The position numbers were made by a program, and so were the translations under genes. From Roseibacillus sp. (GTDB taxonomy: Bacteria > Verrucomicrobiota > Verrucomicrobiia > Verrucomicrobiales > Akkermansiaceae), in NCBI GenBank assembly GCA_051251855.1, contig JBPOGI010000005.1, positions 224,001-288,000 on the forward strand: DNA of 64,000 nt, written 5' to 3'. Under the pieces are notes generated by a model that was not told the DNA's origin, ran no database searches, and was given only the letters and a program-made list of their open reading frames with translations. Positions 45,187-55,351 of the stretch are shown here, in pieces (position 1 is the first letter of the stretch; each line of letters begins with the position of its first letter).

Positions 45187-45353
45187 TTTTTGAACCACAG
45201 AGACGCGGAGGTAGCGCGGAGGACGGGGTTGGATACATTTTGAACAAAAGGCAACGAAGGGAACGAAGCCGAGGTTGGATGGACGGGGTTGGGTGTTCTT
45301 TCAGTAGGAGGTTTTTGAAGCCTTGTCCTTTGTTACCTTTGTTGCCCTCTGTT
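45187..45353. repeat. Intergenic element built from ~9-bp periodic units, with an inverted repeat
   Basis: AACAAAAGGCAACGAAGGGAACGAAG (45243-45268) pairs with CTTTGTTACCTTTGTTGCCCTCTGTT (45328-45353); TTTTGAAC and GGACGGGGTTGG each occur twice. Confidence 0.7.
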
Positions 45354-45480
45354 TTAACTGCGCTGTTTTTTCCTCCTTAGCTCCTGTTTGAAATTGCAGC
45401 GATTGGTTTTTTGAAATAGCCCGTGAGGATTTTGGGGGAAAGGGTTTTGACCTGTCTTTGATTTTGCTAGGGTTCGCGCA

Positions 45481-46584
45481 GTGACTTTGGAGGAAATTGG
45501 TTGGAGCGCGTTTTTCGAGGAGCAATTTGAGCCTTTTCGGAAGAAGGGGTGGGTGCCTGCGCGGCTAGTGGAGGAGACGAAGATTAACTTTCGGGCTTGG
45601 TTGGAGGATGATGAGGAGTTGGAGGTGGTGACAGGAGGGAAGGTTTGGCATGAGGCGAGTTGTGATGCGGAGTTGCCGGCGGTGGGGGATTGGGTAGCGG
45701 TGGAGGTTCAGGGGGAGGATGACGAGCACATCATTCGAGCACGCTTGGAGCGGAGGACGACGTTTTCGAGGAAGAAGCCGGGGAATTCTTCGGAGGAACA
45801 AGTAATTGCAGCCAATGTGGATGTGGTGGTGGTGGTGACGGACGCGGTGGCAGACTTTAATGTCCGGCGGTTGGAGAGGTATTTGGGGCTGATTGCGAAG
45901 AGCGGGGCGAAGGGAGTTCTGTTGGTGAATAAGGCGGACTTGGTGAGCGAGGAGGAGATGGAGGACTTGGTGGCTGAGGTGCGTGAGCTGGATGATAAGG
46001 CGGAAGTTCGGGGGACCAGTGCGACTGAGGGCACGGGATTGAAGGTGCTGAAGGATTATCTTGCCGACGGGCTGACGATGGCTTTGGTGGGGTCGAGTGG
46101 AGTGGGGAAGTCGACACTGGTGAATCAACTGTTAGGTCGCGATGATTTGCTGACGGGAGAAATCAATGAAGTGACCGGAAAGGGGCGCCATACCACGAGC
46201 TGGCGGGAGTTGGTGCTTTTGCCGGAAGGGGGGATGCTGATTGATAATCCGGGAATTCGGGAAGTGCAGATGTGGACCGATGAGGTGACCTTGCGGGAGA
46301 GTTTTATGGATATTGAGGAGCTGACGCTAAATTGCCGCTTCTCAGATTGTAAGCACGAGAAGGATGCGGGCTGTGCGATTGTGGGGGCGGTGGAGTCAGG
46401 CGAGTTGGACCCAGCGCGTTATGAGAGTTTTTTGAATCTCGAGATTGAGATTGCGGATTTGAGGCGGCGTCAGAAGAAGCGGCAAATGGCGACCGAGCGA
46501 TGGGCTAAGCGTGATAAACGGATCAAAGCGAGGAATTGGGAAGACCGAGTGGAGCTGGATAAGGAAGAGCGGGGAGATTGGTGA
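45481..46584 (+). CDS. rsgA: Ribosome small subunit-dependent GTPase A
   Basis: PAVGDWV, NKAD, GSSGVGKST, GRHTT, DNPG, zinc motif CRFSDCKHEKDAGC. Confidence 0.96.
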   Translation: MTLEEIGWSAFFEEQFEPFRKKGWVPARLVEETKINFRAWLEDDEELEVVTGGKVWHEASCDAELPAVGDWVAVEVQGEDDEHIIRARLERRTTFSRKKPGNSSEEQVIAANVDVVVVVTDAVADFNVRRLERYLGLIAKSGAKGVLLVNKADLVSEEEMEDLVAEVRELDDKAEVRGTSATEGTGLKVLKDYLADGLTMALVGSSGVGKSTLVNQLLGRDDLLTGEINEVTGKGRHTTSWRELVLLPEGGMLIDNPGIREVQMWTDEVTLRESFMDIEELTLNCRFSDCKHEKDAGCAIVGAVESGELDPARYESFLNLEIEIADLRRRQKKRQMATERWAKRDKRIKARNWEDRVELDKEERGDW

Positions 46585-46683
46585 GTTTTAAGAATTCCTG
46601 TGGTTCTTAAAGCTATGGAGAAGAGCAGACGGCCTGAGAGGCTTCTCCCCTTGATGAAAAGAAGGGTGAGGCTAGCTCAGCAC

Positions 46684-47046
46684 TCAATAGCTTGCAGTTA
46701 AGTGCTTTTTTTTCGGCTGGAAAGAAACCCCTTTCTTGCGACCAAAGACGAGGAATGGAGCGCCGAAAATAGAAGATAAGAACAAGACTAGAGGCCAAGC
46801 ACGCGGCACGCTGACTTCTTGGGGGCCGGAGTTGAGGTCGGCGAAGTAGCTTTGGGTTATTTCTCTGGCGAGTTCTTCATCCTGGCTGCTAACCATGACG
46901 CGAACCCCGCCCACAGCATTGCTGTAATGCCAGACGGTTTGAACGAGATGTTCGTCGAAAAGGTGGGCCGAGATGCCGTTGGCTTCCAAGAAAGAGCGTA
47001 AGAGATGAGCCCCTTCGGCTTCTTGGAATGTAGCTACGGCATGCAT
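46684..47046 (-). CDS. DUF2007-like protein with C-terminal TM
   Basis: AHLLRSFLEANGI..GGVRVMV pattern. Confidence 0.65.
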   Translation of the reverse strand: MHAVATFQEAEGAHLLRSFLEANGISAHLFDEHLVQTVWHYSNAVGGVRVMVSSQDEELAREITQSYFADLNSGPQEVSVPRAWPLVLFLSSIFGAPFLVFGRKKGVSFQPKKKHLTASY

Positions 47047-47080
47047 GGCTATTTTAAACTACCTTTGTGAAGAGCTGGGG

Positions 47081-47638
47081 CTAAGGGACGATGAAGTACT
47101 TGCCGCGCTTGACGTCAGGTTGGCCAGTGCTGGGATTGACGTATTGCTTGCCGGTCGACGGATCGACGGGGATGGTGGAGGGGTCGCAGAGTTTGTCACC
47201 TGAGCTGGCTCCAGTGGTATCAAGGACGTTGTAGGGTGGGTAGGGGGAGATGACGGTGTTGGCCTTGATGCTGGGGGTCGCCATGGGGATGCTGCCATTA
47301 GAGGTGCGAGCAGGAGTGGTGGGAATCTTAGGTGCAGGAGGCTGATAGGTAGGACGCTGCGCGGGCGGGGTGTAGGTGCGGGTGTTGTTGTAACTTTGGT
47401 TTGCGTTACGCTGTTGGTTCTCGCGATAAGCGGAGACTCCAGCACCGGCAGCGGCTCCGAGGGCGGCTCCAGTGGCGACGTCGCCCCCGTCATCTCCGGC
47501 GATGGCTCCGAGTCCGGCACCACCAAGAGCTCCGATGGCAGCTCCTTGCTGTTGATAAGGAGTGCATGAGACGGCCGCGAAGAGCGCCGTGCTGCTCAGG
47601 AGTGCTGAGAGGCTTTTCAGGAAATTTTGTTTCTTCAT
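47081..47638 (-). CDS. Glycine-zipper lipoprotein
   Basis: Lipobox AVSC, GAAIGALGGAGLGAI..GAALGAAAGAG, Pro-rich linker, C-terminal SPY..DP..KYFIVP. Confidence 0.8.
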   Translation of the reverse strand: MKKQNFLKSLSALLSSTALFAAVSCTPYQQQGAAIGALGGAGLGAIAGDDGGDVATGAALGAAAGAGVSAYRENQQRNANQSYNNTRTYTPPAQRPTYQPPAPKIPTTPARTSNGSIPMATPSIKANTVISPYPPYNVLDTTGASSGDKLCDPSTIPVDPSTGKQYVNPSTGQPDVKRGKYFIVP

Positions 47639-47723
47639 ATCTGCGGGTGTTCGACTTTCTTTAATGCTGTTTTATTCGCACTTCCAGTTCATTTTGACAT
47701 TATGGAGTGGAAATTGGGAGTGT

Positions 47724-48395
47724 TCAAGGCCCAGTTGGGAGACTGGCAGGTCGGCCCGTTTTTTTGACGGCATCTTTATCGCGCGGGACTTCGAGGGGTT
47801 GTTGAGTCGGAACTAGTTCTGTTGGGGGGGTGGGCTGTTTGTCCTTGTGAGCCGGCCTTTCTTTGATGAGGCCAGTGGCGAGGCAGAGGAGATTGTAGTT
47901 GTGGTGGATGACGGCGGGAAAAGTGACACGGCCGGGTTCGGCGACGTTCTCGCGGAGAAGTTTGGAGGTGAGGTCGGCGAGAAGGTCGGTGCCGACTTTG
48001 GCGACTTGCTCGACCCCCATGGCGCTGGTGCCTGCGTTAGCACCGAGCTTGATGGCATCAGAGGTGATTTTTTGCCCTTGAAAGGCCATCGAAGACTGAG
48101 CGGAGACGATGTTACCATTCTTGTCTAGAGTAACTTGGAGGGAGGCGTGGTCATCGGAGGCAAAGAGCCCGCGGAGGTGGTCAATTCGGACGGAGATGAA
48201 GAGTCCACCATCGAGCATAGGGGTCACTTCGGGTTTCCAGGTACGATACTTTGAACCCGAGCGTTCGTAGTCTGCGGCGCGGCTGCCTTTGACTTCCCAA
48301 CCGCCGAGTTGTTCTCCGAGGCGATCGACATTGAGAATGGGCCCAGCCCAGGCGATGGGTGCAGAGAGAAGGAGGCAGAGGAGGAGTTTCTTCAT
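47724..48395 (-). CDS. Hypothetical secreted protein
   Basis: MKKLLLCLLLSAPIAWA signal peptide. Confidence 0.65.
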   Translation of the reverse strand: MKKLLLCLLLSAPIAWAGPILNVDRLGEQLGGWEVKGSRAADYERSGSKYRTWKPEVTPMLDGGLFISVRIDHLRGLFASDDHASLQVTLDKNGNIVSAQSSMAFQGQKITSDAIKLGANAGTSAMGVEQVAKVGTDLLADLTSKLLRENVAEPGRVTFPAVIHHNYNLLCLATGLIKERPAHKDKQPTPPTELVPTQQPLEVPRDKDAVKKTGRPASLPTGP

Positions 48396-48627
48396 GATGA
48401 GGTGGAAAAGGGGTTCGACAATCTTGAGTTGTCATTCACAGACGTGGCGAGCGAGTAGTTTGTTCACAAGAATTCGTCTCGATATGCTAGGAAAACGGCG
48501 GTTGGGGCCGGATTCATTCAGAAAAGTTGGAGAATCGTCATTTTAGGAGAGTTTTCATTGATTGAGTCGATGGAGGCATTTTGAGGTTCGATTTTGAAGT
48601 GGGAAGGTGTTGGGGTAGGTTGAAGAA

Positions 48628-49527
48628 GTGAACGAGACCAATTTTTTGACTCTGAAGAGCGGGCGGAAGCTGTGTTATGGCGACTACGGGGATCCGAATG
48701 GGCGTCCGGTGATGTATTTTCATGGTTGGCCTTCATCTCGAATGCAGGGGTTCGTGTTGGAGGAGCTGTGTTTGGAGAAAGGGGTGCGCTTGATTGCTCC
48801 GGACCGTCCAGGGGTGGGGCAATCGGAATTGCAGCCGGACCGGAATTTAATGGATTGGCCGCCGCTGGTGGAGGAGTTGGCGGATCACGTGGGCTGGGAG
48901 AAATTTTCGATTATGGGGGTTTCTGGGGGAGGTCCTTATGCGGTGGCAGCTGCGGCGGCTTTGCCAGAGAGGGTGGAAAAGGCGGCGGTCATTTGCGGGG
49001 CTCCTCCGCTGGCGAAGTTTCCGAATCGCTCCGAGATGATGTGGCCGTATCGGGCGTTGTTACGTATTCGGCCTTATGCGCCGTTTTTGATCCCGGGGAT
49101 TTTGAAGATGTCGCATTGGATCTCGGAGTATCCTGTGGATGAACCTCCGATGTCTTGGGTGATGAAGTGGACGGCTGATGCGGACCGTGAGGCGCTGGGG
49201 GAAAGTGACTTCGAGTTGGTGACGCGCAGTTTTCGAGAAGGGATTTCGGCGGGAACGAAGGGGGTGCAGATCGATGGCGATGTTTATACCTCGGAGTGGG
49301 GAATTGATTTTGAGAAAATCGAAGTTCCGGTGGAGTTTTGGCACGGGGAAGAGGATAAGAATATCCCGTATTCGATGGTGAAGGAGTATGCTTCGTGGAT
49401 TCCGACCGCGGAGATGCACTCGTTCCCTGGTGAGGGGCATTATTCGATTATCGCGCGTTCGCCACGGAAGGTGTTAGAGAGTCTCTTTCCCGGCGAGCAA
49501 AGGGCTAAGGAGCTGGTGGCACAGTGA
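48628..49527 (+). CDS. Alpha/beta hydrolase
   Basis: FHGWPSSR, PDRPGVG, GVSGG nucleophile, WHGEED, GEGH. Confidence 0.9.
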   Translation: MNETNFLTLKSGRKLCYGDYGDPNGRPVMYFHGWPSSRMQGFVLEELCLEKGVRLIAPDRPGVGQSELQPDRNLMDWPPLVEELADHVGWEKFSIMGVSGGGPYAVAAAAALPERVEKAAVICGAPPLAKFPNRSEMMWPYRALLRIRPYAPFLIPGILKMSHWISEYPVDEPPMSWVMKWTADADREALGESDFELVTRSFREGISAGTKGVQIDGDVYTSEWGIDFEKIEVPVEFWHGEEDKNIPYSMVKEYASWIPTAEMHSFPGEGHYSIIARSPRKVLESLFPGEQRAKELVAQ

Positions 49528-50935
49528 TGGGGCTGTTGAGCTTGAATTCGGGAGTGTCGGGCGGAGAGAGTTCGCGCGTGACGGGATCCCATTGATAGGG
49601 CTGGTTGTAGATGGGGTCGTTAGGGACGGGCTCACCTCTCATGATGGCGAAGGCGGCTTGGGTAAGAGCGTTTTGGTTATTGAATCGCTGAAAACCTGAC
49701 GTCCACGCTGAGACGCTGTTGAGATTAAACACTTCGGCGAATTTACGGCTGTTTCTCGAGAGATGGGCGGGGTCGAGAATGAAAGGTGGGGTGATGCTGT
49801 TCCAGTCTTTCACTTCTTCACTGTGGTATGTCTGCTGAAGCTGAAGGTAGCTTGATGCATTGTAGTCGATGACGGCGTCAGGGTCTGAGGGGTAATGGGG
49901 ATCGTCTGTGTTTGAGAGCATGGGGAGGGTGTAGTATCGAGAGCCCGCATGCCACTCGCCAGTCAGGACACGTCCAAGAGTTGCGGGAGGATGTGTTTGT
50001 AGGCTGAGGGCATCTTCCCACTGTGACGGTCGGAGTTCCTCCACTGGGATTACGGGGATGAGTTCGGTGAGGGTGTAGTTGATGCTTTGGAGTTTCCCCA
50101 GAATACCGACTGTTGTGGAAAGGAGAGTTGGCGTTTCGATTTCTAGAAAGTGGTCTGCCAGTCCGCGGGTGGCTTGGACGGATTCCAAGGCAGCTGCGGT
50201 GTTGCCTTCTTCGATGGAAAGACGAGCGTCTAACAGAAGGATATCGAAAGCTTCCAGTGCGGGCCGAGTGCCTAGAAAGCCCCAGCGGTCAATATTGATG
50301 TCTTTGGTCGATTGTTCAGGCGTTAATCCGATCTCACGAAGCTCATTCAGGAGGCTCTGGTTTTCAGTGAGCCATTGCTTCGTGAGTTCGCTATCCCACG
50401 GAGATTTGCCATCGATTTGGTTTTGCAGGGTCTTCGGGATTTTGAGAGGTGAATTGTCCGAGTTTTCGAGTCGTTCGCAGAACTCTAGCCACTTTAAAAA
50501 TCCGTTTTCTTTGGGCGGGATATTTTTATATTCGACGGCAAGTTCGGGGTAGCGTTCGAGGATACGCTGATAGAGTGCGTCGGCCCATTGGAGAAGTTCG
50601 GCGACTTTGGCTTGGTCGGCTGGGTCTTTGGAATTGAGTAGATTCCAGTAGTGATCGCCGAAAACTGTATTGGGGGTTCTCCAGGGGTTCTTGTCCCAAG
50701 TCATGAGGTCGTCTACGCCATCGTGGAGCCAGTCGAATTTTTTTCCGGTGTAGGGTTCTTTGCTGAAGGTGGGTTTGAGTTGAGGTCGTTCGGATGGAAA
50801 GACGACTTCTCCTTGGGGTGGAGGTGGTTGCTTGGTTGCCTCAGGGAGGAAGACGATGGCGAGAATGAGGAGGAAGGGGCTGAGGATGACGAGGCCAAAG
50901 AGTAGAATGCGTTTGATCGTCTTTCTTGCCATCAT
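49505..50935 (-). CDS. Hypothetical membrane-anchored helical protein
   Basis: N-terminal TM after MARKTIKR; long ORF; converges on and overlaps the hydrolase end. Confidence 0.65.
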   Translation of the reverse strand: MMARKTIKRILLFGLVILSPFLLILAIVFLPEATKQPPPPQGEVVFPSERPQLKPTFSKEPYTGKKFDWLHDGVDDLMTWDKNPWRTPNTVFGDHYWNLLNSKDPADQAKVAELLQWADALYQRILERYPELAVEYKNIPPKENGFLKWLEFCERLENSDNSPLKIPKTLQNQIDGKSPWDSELTKQWLTENQSLLNELREIGLTPEQSTKDINIDRWGFLGTRPALEAFDILLLDARLSIEEGNTAAALESVQATRGLADHFLEIETPTLLSTTVGILGKLQSINYTLTELIPVIPVEELRPSQWEDALSLQTHPPATLGRVLTGEWHAGSRYYTLPMLSNTDDPHYPSDPDAVIDYNASSYLQLQQTYHSEEVKDWNSITPPFILDPAHLSRNSRKFAEVFNLNSVSAWTSGFQRFNNQNALTQAAFAIMRGEPVPNDPIYNQPYQWDPVTRELSPPDTPEFKLNSPITVPPAP

Positions 50936-51048
50936 TGAGAGTGAGCGGAATAGGAGGGGTGGTGACAAGGGGGATTCTTTAGGATCGCATCATACAGGCT
51001 TCCTCTTGAGTGAAGATGCTTGTTTGGAAGGACCTCTTTTCAGGGCAC

Positions 51049-51083
51049 AAAAAAGAGCAGGGGACCGAGGTCGCCTGCTCTTT
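51049..51083 (-). terminator. Rho-independent terminator of tgt-yajC-secDF
   Basis: Minus strand AAAGAGCAGG..CCTGCTC followed by a T-run, just after the secDF stop. Confidence 0.85.
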
Positions 51084-51101
51084 CGGAAATGAATTGGAAA
51101 T

Positions 51102-53570
51102 TTAGTGTTCGAGAGTGGTGCTTTTGCCGGGCATGACTTGGGCTTCGAGCTGGGCGTCGATGACTTCGGCACGAAGGTTTGTGCCGCGTTTCTTGGACCA
51201 CCATGCGACCACGGGAGCAGCAACAAAGATGGAAGAGTAGGTTCCGATGACGACTCCAATCATCATAGCGAGGGCGAAGTCGCGCATGGCGGCACCACCG
51301 AAGATGAAGAGGACGAGGACGGCCACGAAGGTGGTTACCGAGGTGAGGATGGTGCGCGAGAGAGTCGCGTTGATGGCCTCGTTCATGATGTCTTTGATGT
51401 CTCCGCTGCGCAGGGTGAGCTGCTCACGGATTCGGTCGAAGACAACGATGGTATCGTTAATGGAGTAACCGGCGATGGTCAGGATGGCGCCCACGTGGAT
51501 GAGGGAGAATTCGACGCCGAGTAGCATGAGAATGCCCAAGCAGATGATGACGTCGTGTGCGAGGGCGACGAAGGCACCGAGAGCGAAGGAGAATTCGAAT
51601 CGGATGGTGATGTAGATGATAATACCAATGAGGCCAATGCCGAGGGCGATGAGGGAGTTGTTGAGGAAGTCGCCACCCAATGCGGAGGAGACATTTTCGG
51701 TCGAGTATTCTATCTCGGCAAGCTCGGGGAAGTCTTGACGAAGTTGGTCGACCACCTTGGTGACGTCTGTGACCCCAGACTCGTCGGCCTCGTTGGAGGT
51801 GCGGACTACGAGTGAGAAACCAGAAGCGGACTGTTCTTCCTGAACTTGAGCTGCTTTGACAAGGCTGTCGATTTTGCCGACGGACTCTTGCACTTTATCA
51901 ACCGGAAGTTCGTTGTCGCCAAGTTCGAAGCGGGTGAGGGCTCCACCGACAAAGTCGATACCAAGAGCGCTGTCCTTTTTGATGCCACCCATGAGGAGAG
52001 CACCGATGAGGAGAACCGCAGAGATGACGAAGGCGATTTTCCCTTTGGAAAGGAAATCGATAGTCTTCTTGGGAAGGAGGTTGAGGAAGGTGAGCTTTTT
52101 AATGGCACCTGCGTCTTGGAACCACCAGAAGAGGATGCGGGTCACGAGCAGGGCCGCGAACATGGATGCAAGAATTCCAATAGTGAGGGTGATGGCGAAG
52201 CCTTTGACAGTTCCGGAGGCACGCCAGAAGAGAATGAGGGCCGTAATCAGGGTGGTGATGTTGGCGTCGAAGATGGCGGAGAAGGCTTTGTCGTAGGCGG
52301 ACTTGATGGCCGCACCAACGGACTTGCCAGCGGCGAGTTCTTCTCGCAGTCGTTCGAAGATGAGAACGTTGGCGTCGACCGAGACTCCGATCGTGAGGAT
52401 GATGCCGGCGATACCAGGAAGGGTGAAAGTGAAGCCGAACATGGCCATAGCACCGAAGAGGATGAGAATGTTCACGCTCAATCCGAGGAGGGCGATGATG
52501 CCCGCGAAGCGGTAGTAAAGAGTGACGAAGACGAGGGTGAGGGCGAGTCCGGCGATACCGGCGTAGATGCCTTGTTTAATGGTAGCAGCTCCCAGACGGG
52601 CAGATACTTGGCGCTGCTCTTCGACGATGAGCGGGTTTTCAAGAGGATTCATCAACTGCTGGGAGAGGCGCTCCACTTCGGAGGTGCCGCCAGAGATGCC
52701 GGTGATGATGAACTGCTTGCCGAGATTCTTGCTTTGGAAACCAGGGGCGCTGATGACTTTGCCGTCCAGGACGTGGGCCATGCGGTCGCGACCGGGCGTG
52801 ATATCGGCAGTGTATTTGCGCATGGCATCTCCACCTGCGTTGGTGAGGATAATGTTCATGACGCCGGGGCGAGAGAAGTCAGGGAAGGCCTCTTTAATCT
52901 GAGAGCCTTTTACTTCCACGCGTCGCTTGACGAGAATGGGGCGGGTGACGGCTTTAACTGCTTTCTCGCCTTTGGAGTCGAGAGATTGCTCGCCATTCTC
53001 GTCGAGAACGGGTTCCATGACGGGCTCGCCTTCATCATCGCGCTCGGGCTCTTGGAGGAGCTCGTAGCCGGGAGGGCGGGAAGCGGCTCCGGATGCAACT
53101 TGGAAGGCAAGAGAGCTGTTTTCAGGGTGAACGGCGCGGAAATTAAGGACGGCCTGCTTCTGAAGTTCTTCTCTGATTTGGTCTGCCTCTTCTTCGGTAG
53201 TTCCGGGCATCTCGATGGCGATGCGGTCGTCGCCTTGAGCCTGGATGGTCAGGTCTTTGGTGTCGTCTGGGTTGAGACGCTTGGAGATGACTTGGATGGC
53301 GGTCGCTTGGTCTTCAGGGCGAACAGCAAGAGGGGCCCCGGTGATTTCATCCTTCTTGGGATCGATGCGGACGGTGAAGGAAGATCCACCAGCCAAGTCG
53401 ATACCGGACCTGAGCCCTTCGCTCCAAATGGCCAAGCCGCAGAGAGTTGCGACGACTAAGGTGGCGATGGTGCCGATGTTGCGCTTGTTCTTGTCCTTTT
53501 CGGCCGCGAAATAGGCGAAGAGGAGGCCAAGAATAAGAAGGCCGACGAAGAAGATAATATAAGGACTCAT
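51102..53570 (-). CDS. secDF: Fused protein translocase subunit SecDF
   Basis: GIDLAGG, TLPGIAGIILTIGVSVDANVLIFER, DANITT, GIDFVGG, GYSINDTIVVFDRIRE. Confidence 0.97.
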   Translation of the reverse strand: MSPYIIFFVGLLILGLLFAYFAAEKDKNKRNIGTIATLVVATLCGLAIWSEGLRSGIDLAGGSSFTVRIDPKKDEITGAPLAVRPEDQATAIQVISKRLNPDDTKDLTIQAQGDDRIAIEMPGTTEEEADQIREELQKQAVLNFRAVHPENSSLAFQVASGAASRPPGYELLQEPERDDEGEPVMEPVLDENGEQSLDSKGEKAVKAVTRPILVKRRVEVKGSQIKEAFPDFSRPGVMNIILTNAGGDAMRKYTADITPGRDRMAHVLDGKVISAPGFQSKNLGKQFIITGISGGTSEVERLSQQLMNPLENPLIVEEQRQVSARLGAATIKQGIYAGIAGLALTLVFVTLYYRFAGIIALLGLSVNILILFGAMAMFGFTFTLPGIAGIILTIGVSVDANVLIFERLREELAAGKSVGAAIKSAYDKAFSAIFDANITTLITALILFWRASGTVKGFAITLTIGILASMFAALLVTRILFWWFQDAGAIKKLTFLNLLPKKTIDFLSKGKIAFVISAVLLIGALLMGGIKKDSALGIDFVGGALTRFELGDNELPVDKVQESVGKIDSLVKAAQVQEEQSASGFSLVVRTSNEADESGVTDVTKVVDQLRQDFPELAEIEYSTENVSSALGGDFLNNSLIALGIGLIGIIIYITIRFEFSFALGAFVALAHDVIICLGILMLLGVEFSLIHVGAILTIAGYSINDTIVVFDRIREQLTLRSGDIKDIMNEAINATLSRTILTSVTTFVAVLVLFIFGGAAMRDFALAMMIGVVIGTYSSIFVAAPVVAWWSKKRGTNLRAEVIDAQLEAQVMPGKSTTLEH

Positions 53571-53612
53571 GAATGTTGCTTGATGAAATTAAGTGGAGCG
53601 GGGAAGAAGGGG

Positions 53613-53987
53613 CTACTTCTTCTTCTCGCTCTTGTCGGACTTTTCGTCCTTAGCGGATTCCGCTTTCTCGGACTTGAGCTTGATGACGGAGGCGACGGAA
53701 GGTTTGTCGAAGGTGAGGAAGACGTTGTCTCCGCCGGGCTTGAGGGTCACCGTTTTTTCGGAAATCTGGTGCACGGTGCCGTGGAGGCCGCCAGTGGTGA
53801 TCACTTTGTCGCCCTTTTCCATGGAATCGATACGGGCTTGTAGCTCCTTGCGTTGTTTCTGCTGAGGGCGGATGAGCAGGAGGTAAAACATCACGATCAT
53901 CAGGATGATCGGGAGGAATTGGCTAGCGAGAGGATTGCCTCCACCGGATGCGGCGAGGATGAAAAGAGAAGCTAAAGTGGCTGTCAT
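53613..53987 (-). CDS. yajC: Preprotein translocase subunit YajC
   Basis: FYLLLIRPQQKQRK, GDKVITTGGLHG; between tgt and secDF. Confidence 0.96.
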   Translation of the reverse strand: MTATLASLFILAASGGGNPLASQFLPIILMIVMFYLLLIRPQQKQRKELQARIDSMEKGDKVITTGGLHGTVHQISEKTVTLKPGGDNVFLTFDKPSVASVIKLKSEKAESAKDEKSDKSEKKK

Positions 53988-55102
53988 TTGGCGTTTGCGG
54001 TGTAGCGAGCGGTAAAGTCTTCGCGGAAGGCGGTATATTCGCCAGCCACGATGGCCTTTCGCGCATCGCGAGTGAGGCGAAGGTAGAAATCAAGATTGTG
54101 GAACGAAAGCAATCTTAAAGCGAGCATTTCGCCTGCTTTAAAGAGATGACGCAGGTAAGCGCGCGAGAATCCGGAGAGGTGAGGATGGCAATCGGGGGTC
54201 AGGGGGCGGGGGTCGTCGGCGTATTGCAGATTCTTGATGTGGATGGGGCCATCGGCGGTGAAAGCCAGTCCGTGGCGGGCACAACGGGTGGGATGGACGC
54301 AGTCGAACATGTCGACGCCGCGGGCGATCATCTCAAGAATCTGGGTCGGCGTGCCCAATCCCATGGCGTAGCGGGGCTTTTCCTTGGGGAGAAAGGGTTC
54401 GGCATGGTCGATGGCGGCGAACATCTCTTTTTCAGGTTCGCCGACGGAGACTCCTCCAATGGCGTATCCGTCAAAATCGAGGTCGACGAGGTCTTTGGCA
54501 GAGCGTTCGCGCAGATCGGGGTAAACGGAGCCCTGCACGATGCCGAAGTGCTGTTGCTGGGGTTTTCCGTGTTCTTCGGTCCATTGTTTACAGCGGGCGG
54601 CCCAGCGGCTGGTGAGTCCGGTGGATTCCTCGGCGTATCCGCGCTCGCAGGGGTAGGGCGGGCATTCGTCGAAGAGCATGGCGATGTCCGATCCGAGGAT
54701 GGACTGGATTTCCATGGAGGTCTCGGGGGTGAGTTCGAGCTTGGAGCCGTCGAGATGAGAGCGGAAAGTGACCCCTTTCTCGGAGATTTTGCGCAATTTG
54801 GCGAGGGACCAGACTTGGAAGCCTCCCGAATCGGTGAGGAGGGCGTTGGGCCAATCAGCGAATCCGTGCAGGCCGCCCATCTTTTCGATGATCTCGGTGC
54901 CAGGACGAATCCAGAGGTGATAAGTATTACCGAGAATGATTTTCGCGCCTAGCTCGTCCTTTAACTCTCTGGGATGGAGGGTTTTAACGGAGCCTTGAGT
55001 GCCCACCGGCATGAAGACGGGGGTCTCGATCTCCGCATGCGCGGTAGTGAGGGTTCCGGCCCGAGCTTTGGATTCGGGGTCTGTGGCGGCGAGACGAAAC
55101 AT
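53984..55102 (-). CDS. tgt: Queuine tRNA-ribosyltransferase
   Basis: TPVFMPVGT, GNTYHL, TDSGGFQV, GVDMFDCV; start at ATG 55102. Confidence 0.97.
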   Translation of the reverse strand: MFRLAATDPESKARAGTLTTAHAEIETPVFMPVGTQGSVKTLHPRELKDELGAKIILGNTYHLWIRPGTEIIEKMGGLHGFADWPNALLTDSGGFQVWSLAKLRKISEKGVTFRSHLDGSKLELTPETSMEIQSILGSDIAMLFDECPPYPCERGYAEESTGLTSRWAARCKQWTEEHGKPQQQHFGIVQGSVYPDLRERSAKDLVDLDFDGYAIGGVSVGEPEKEMFAAIDHAEPFLPKEKPRYAMGLGTPTQILEMIARGVDMFDCVHPTRCARHGLAFTADGPIHIKNLQYADDPRPLTPDCHPHLSGFSRAYLRHLFKAGEMLALRLLSFHNLDFYLRLTRDARKAIVAGEYTAFREDFTARYTANAK

Positions 55103-55351
55103 CGTGCGAGGGCGGAGACTCGTTTGAGGAGGCCAAATAGTCCAGTTGAAAGAGGGGAGAATGCTGATTGGGTTTCCCGACGGAATAGCGTGAAATTTTT
55201 CCAAGTGGTTGAGCGGGAACAGTGGAGCCGCAAGGGGTGTTTTTTAAGGGCGCGGTGAACGCGATATTGCTTAGGGATTACAAAGTTCTTTCTCAGTCAT
55301 CGTGCCGACTTTGCCTTCCTCAAACCTCTCGACTCTTTAGGATCGTGCCAG

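Noticed and set aside
51846..53459. Long antisense ORFs (also 41375-42796, 7342-8541, 18344-19558, 8954-9967)
   Set aside because: Shadow frames opposite clear genes, explained by codon bias; no recognisable motifs
51102..55102. tgt-yajC-secDF cluster and SecD/SecF fusion as a novelty
   Set aside because: Widely conserved gene order, and SecDF fusions are common
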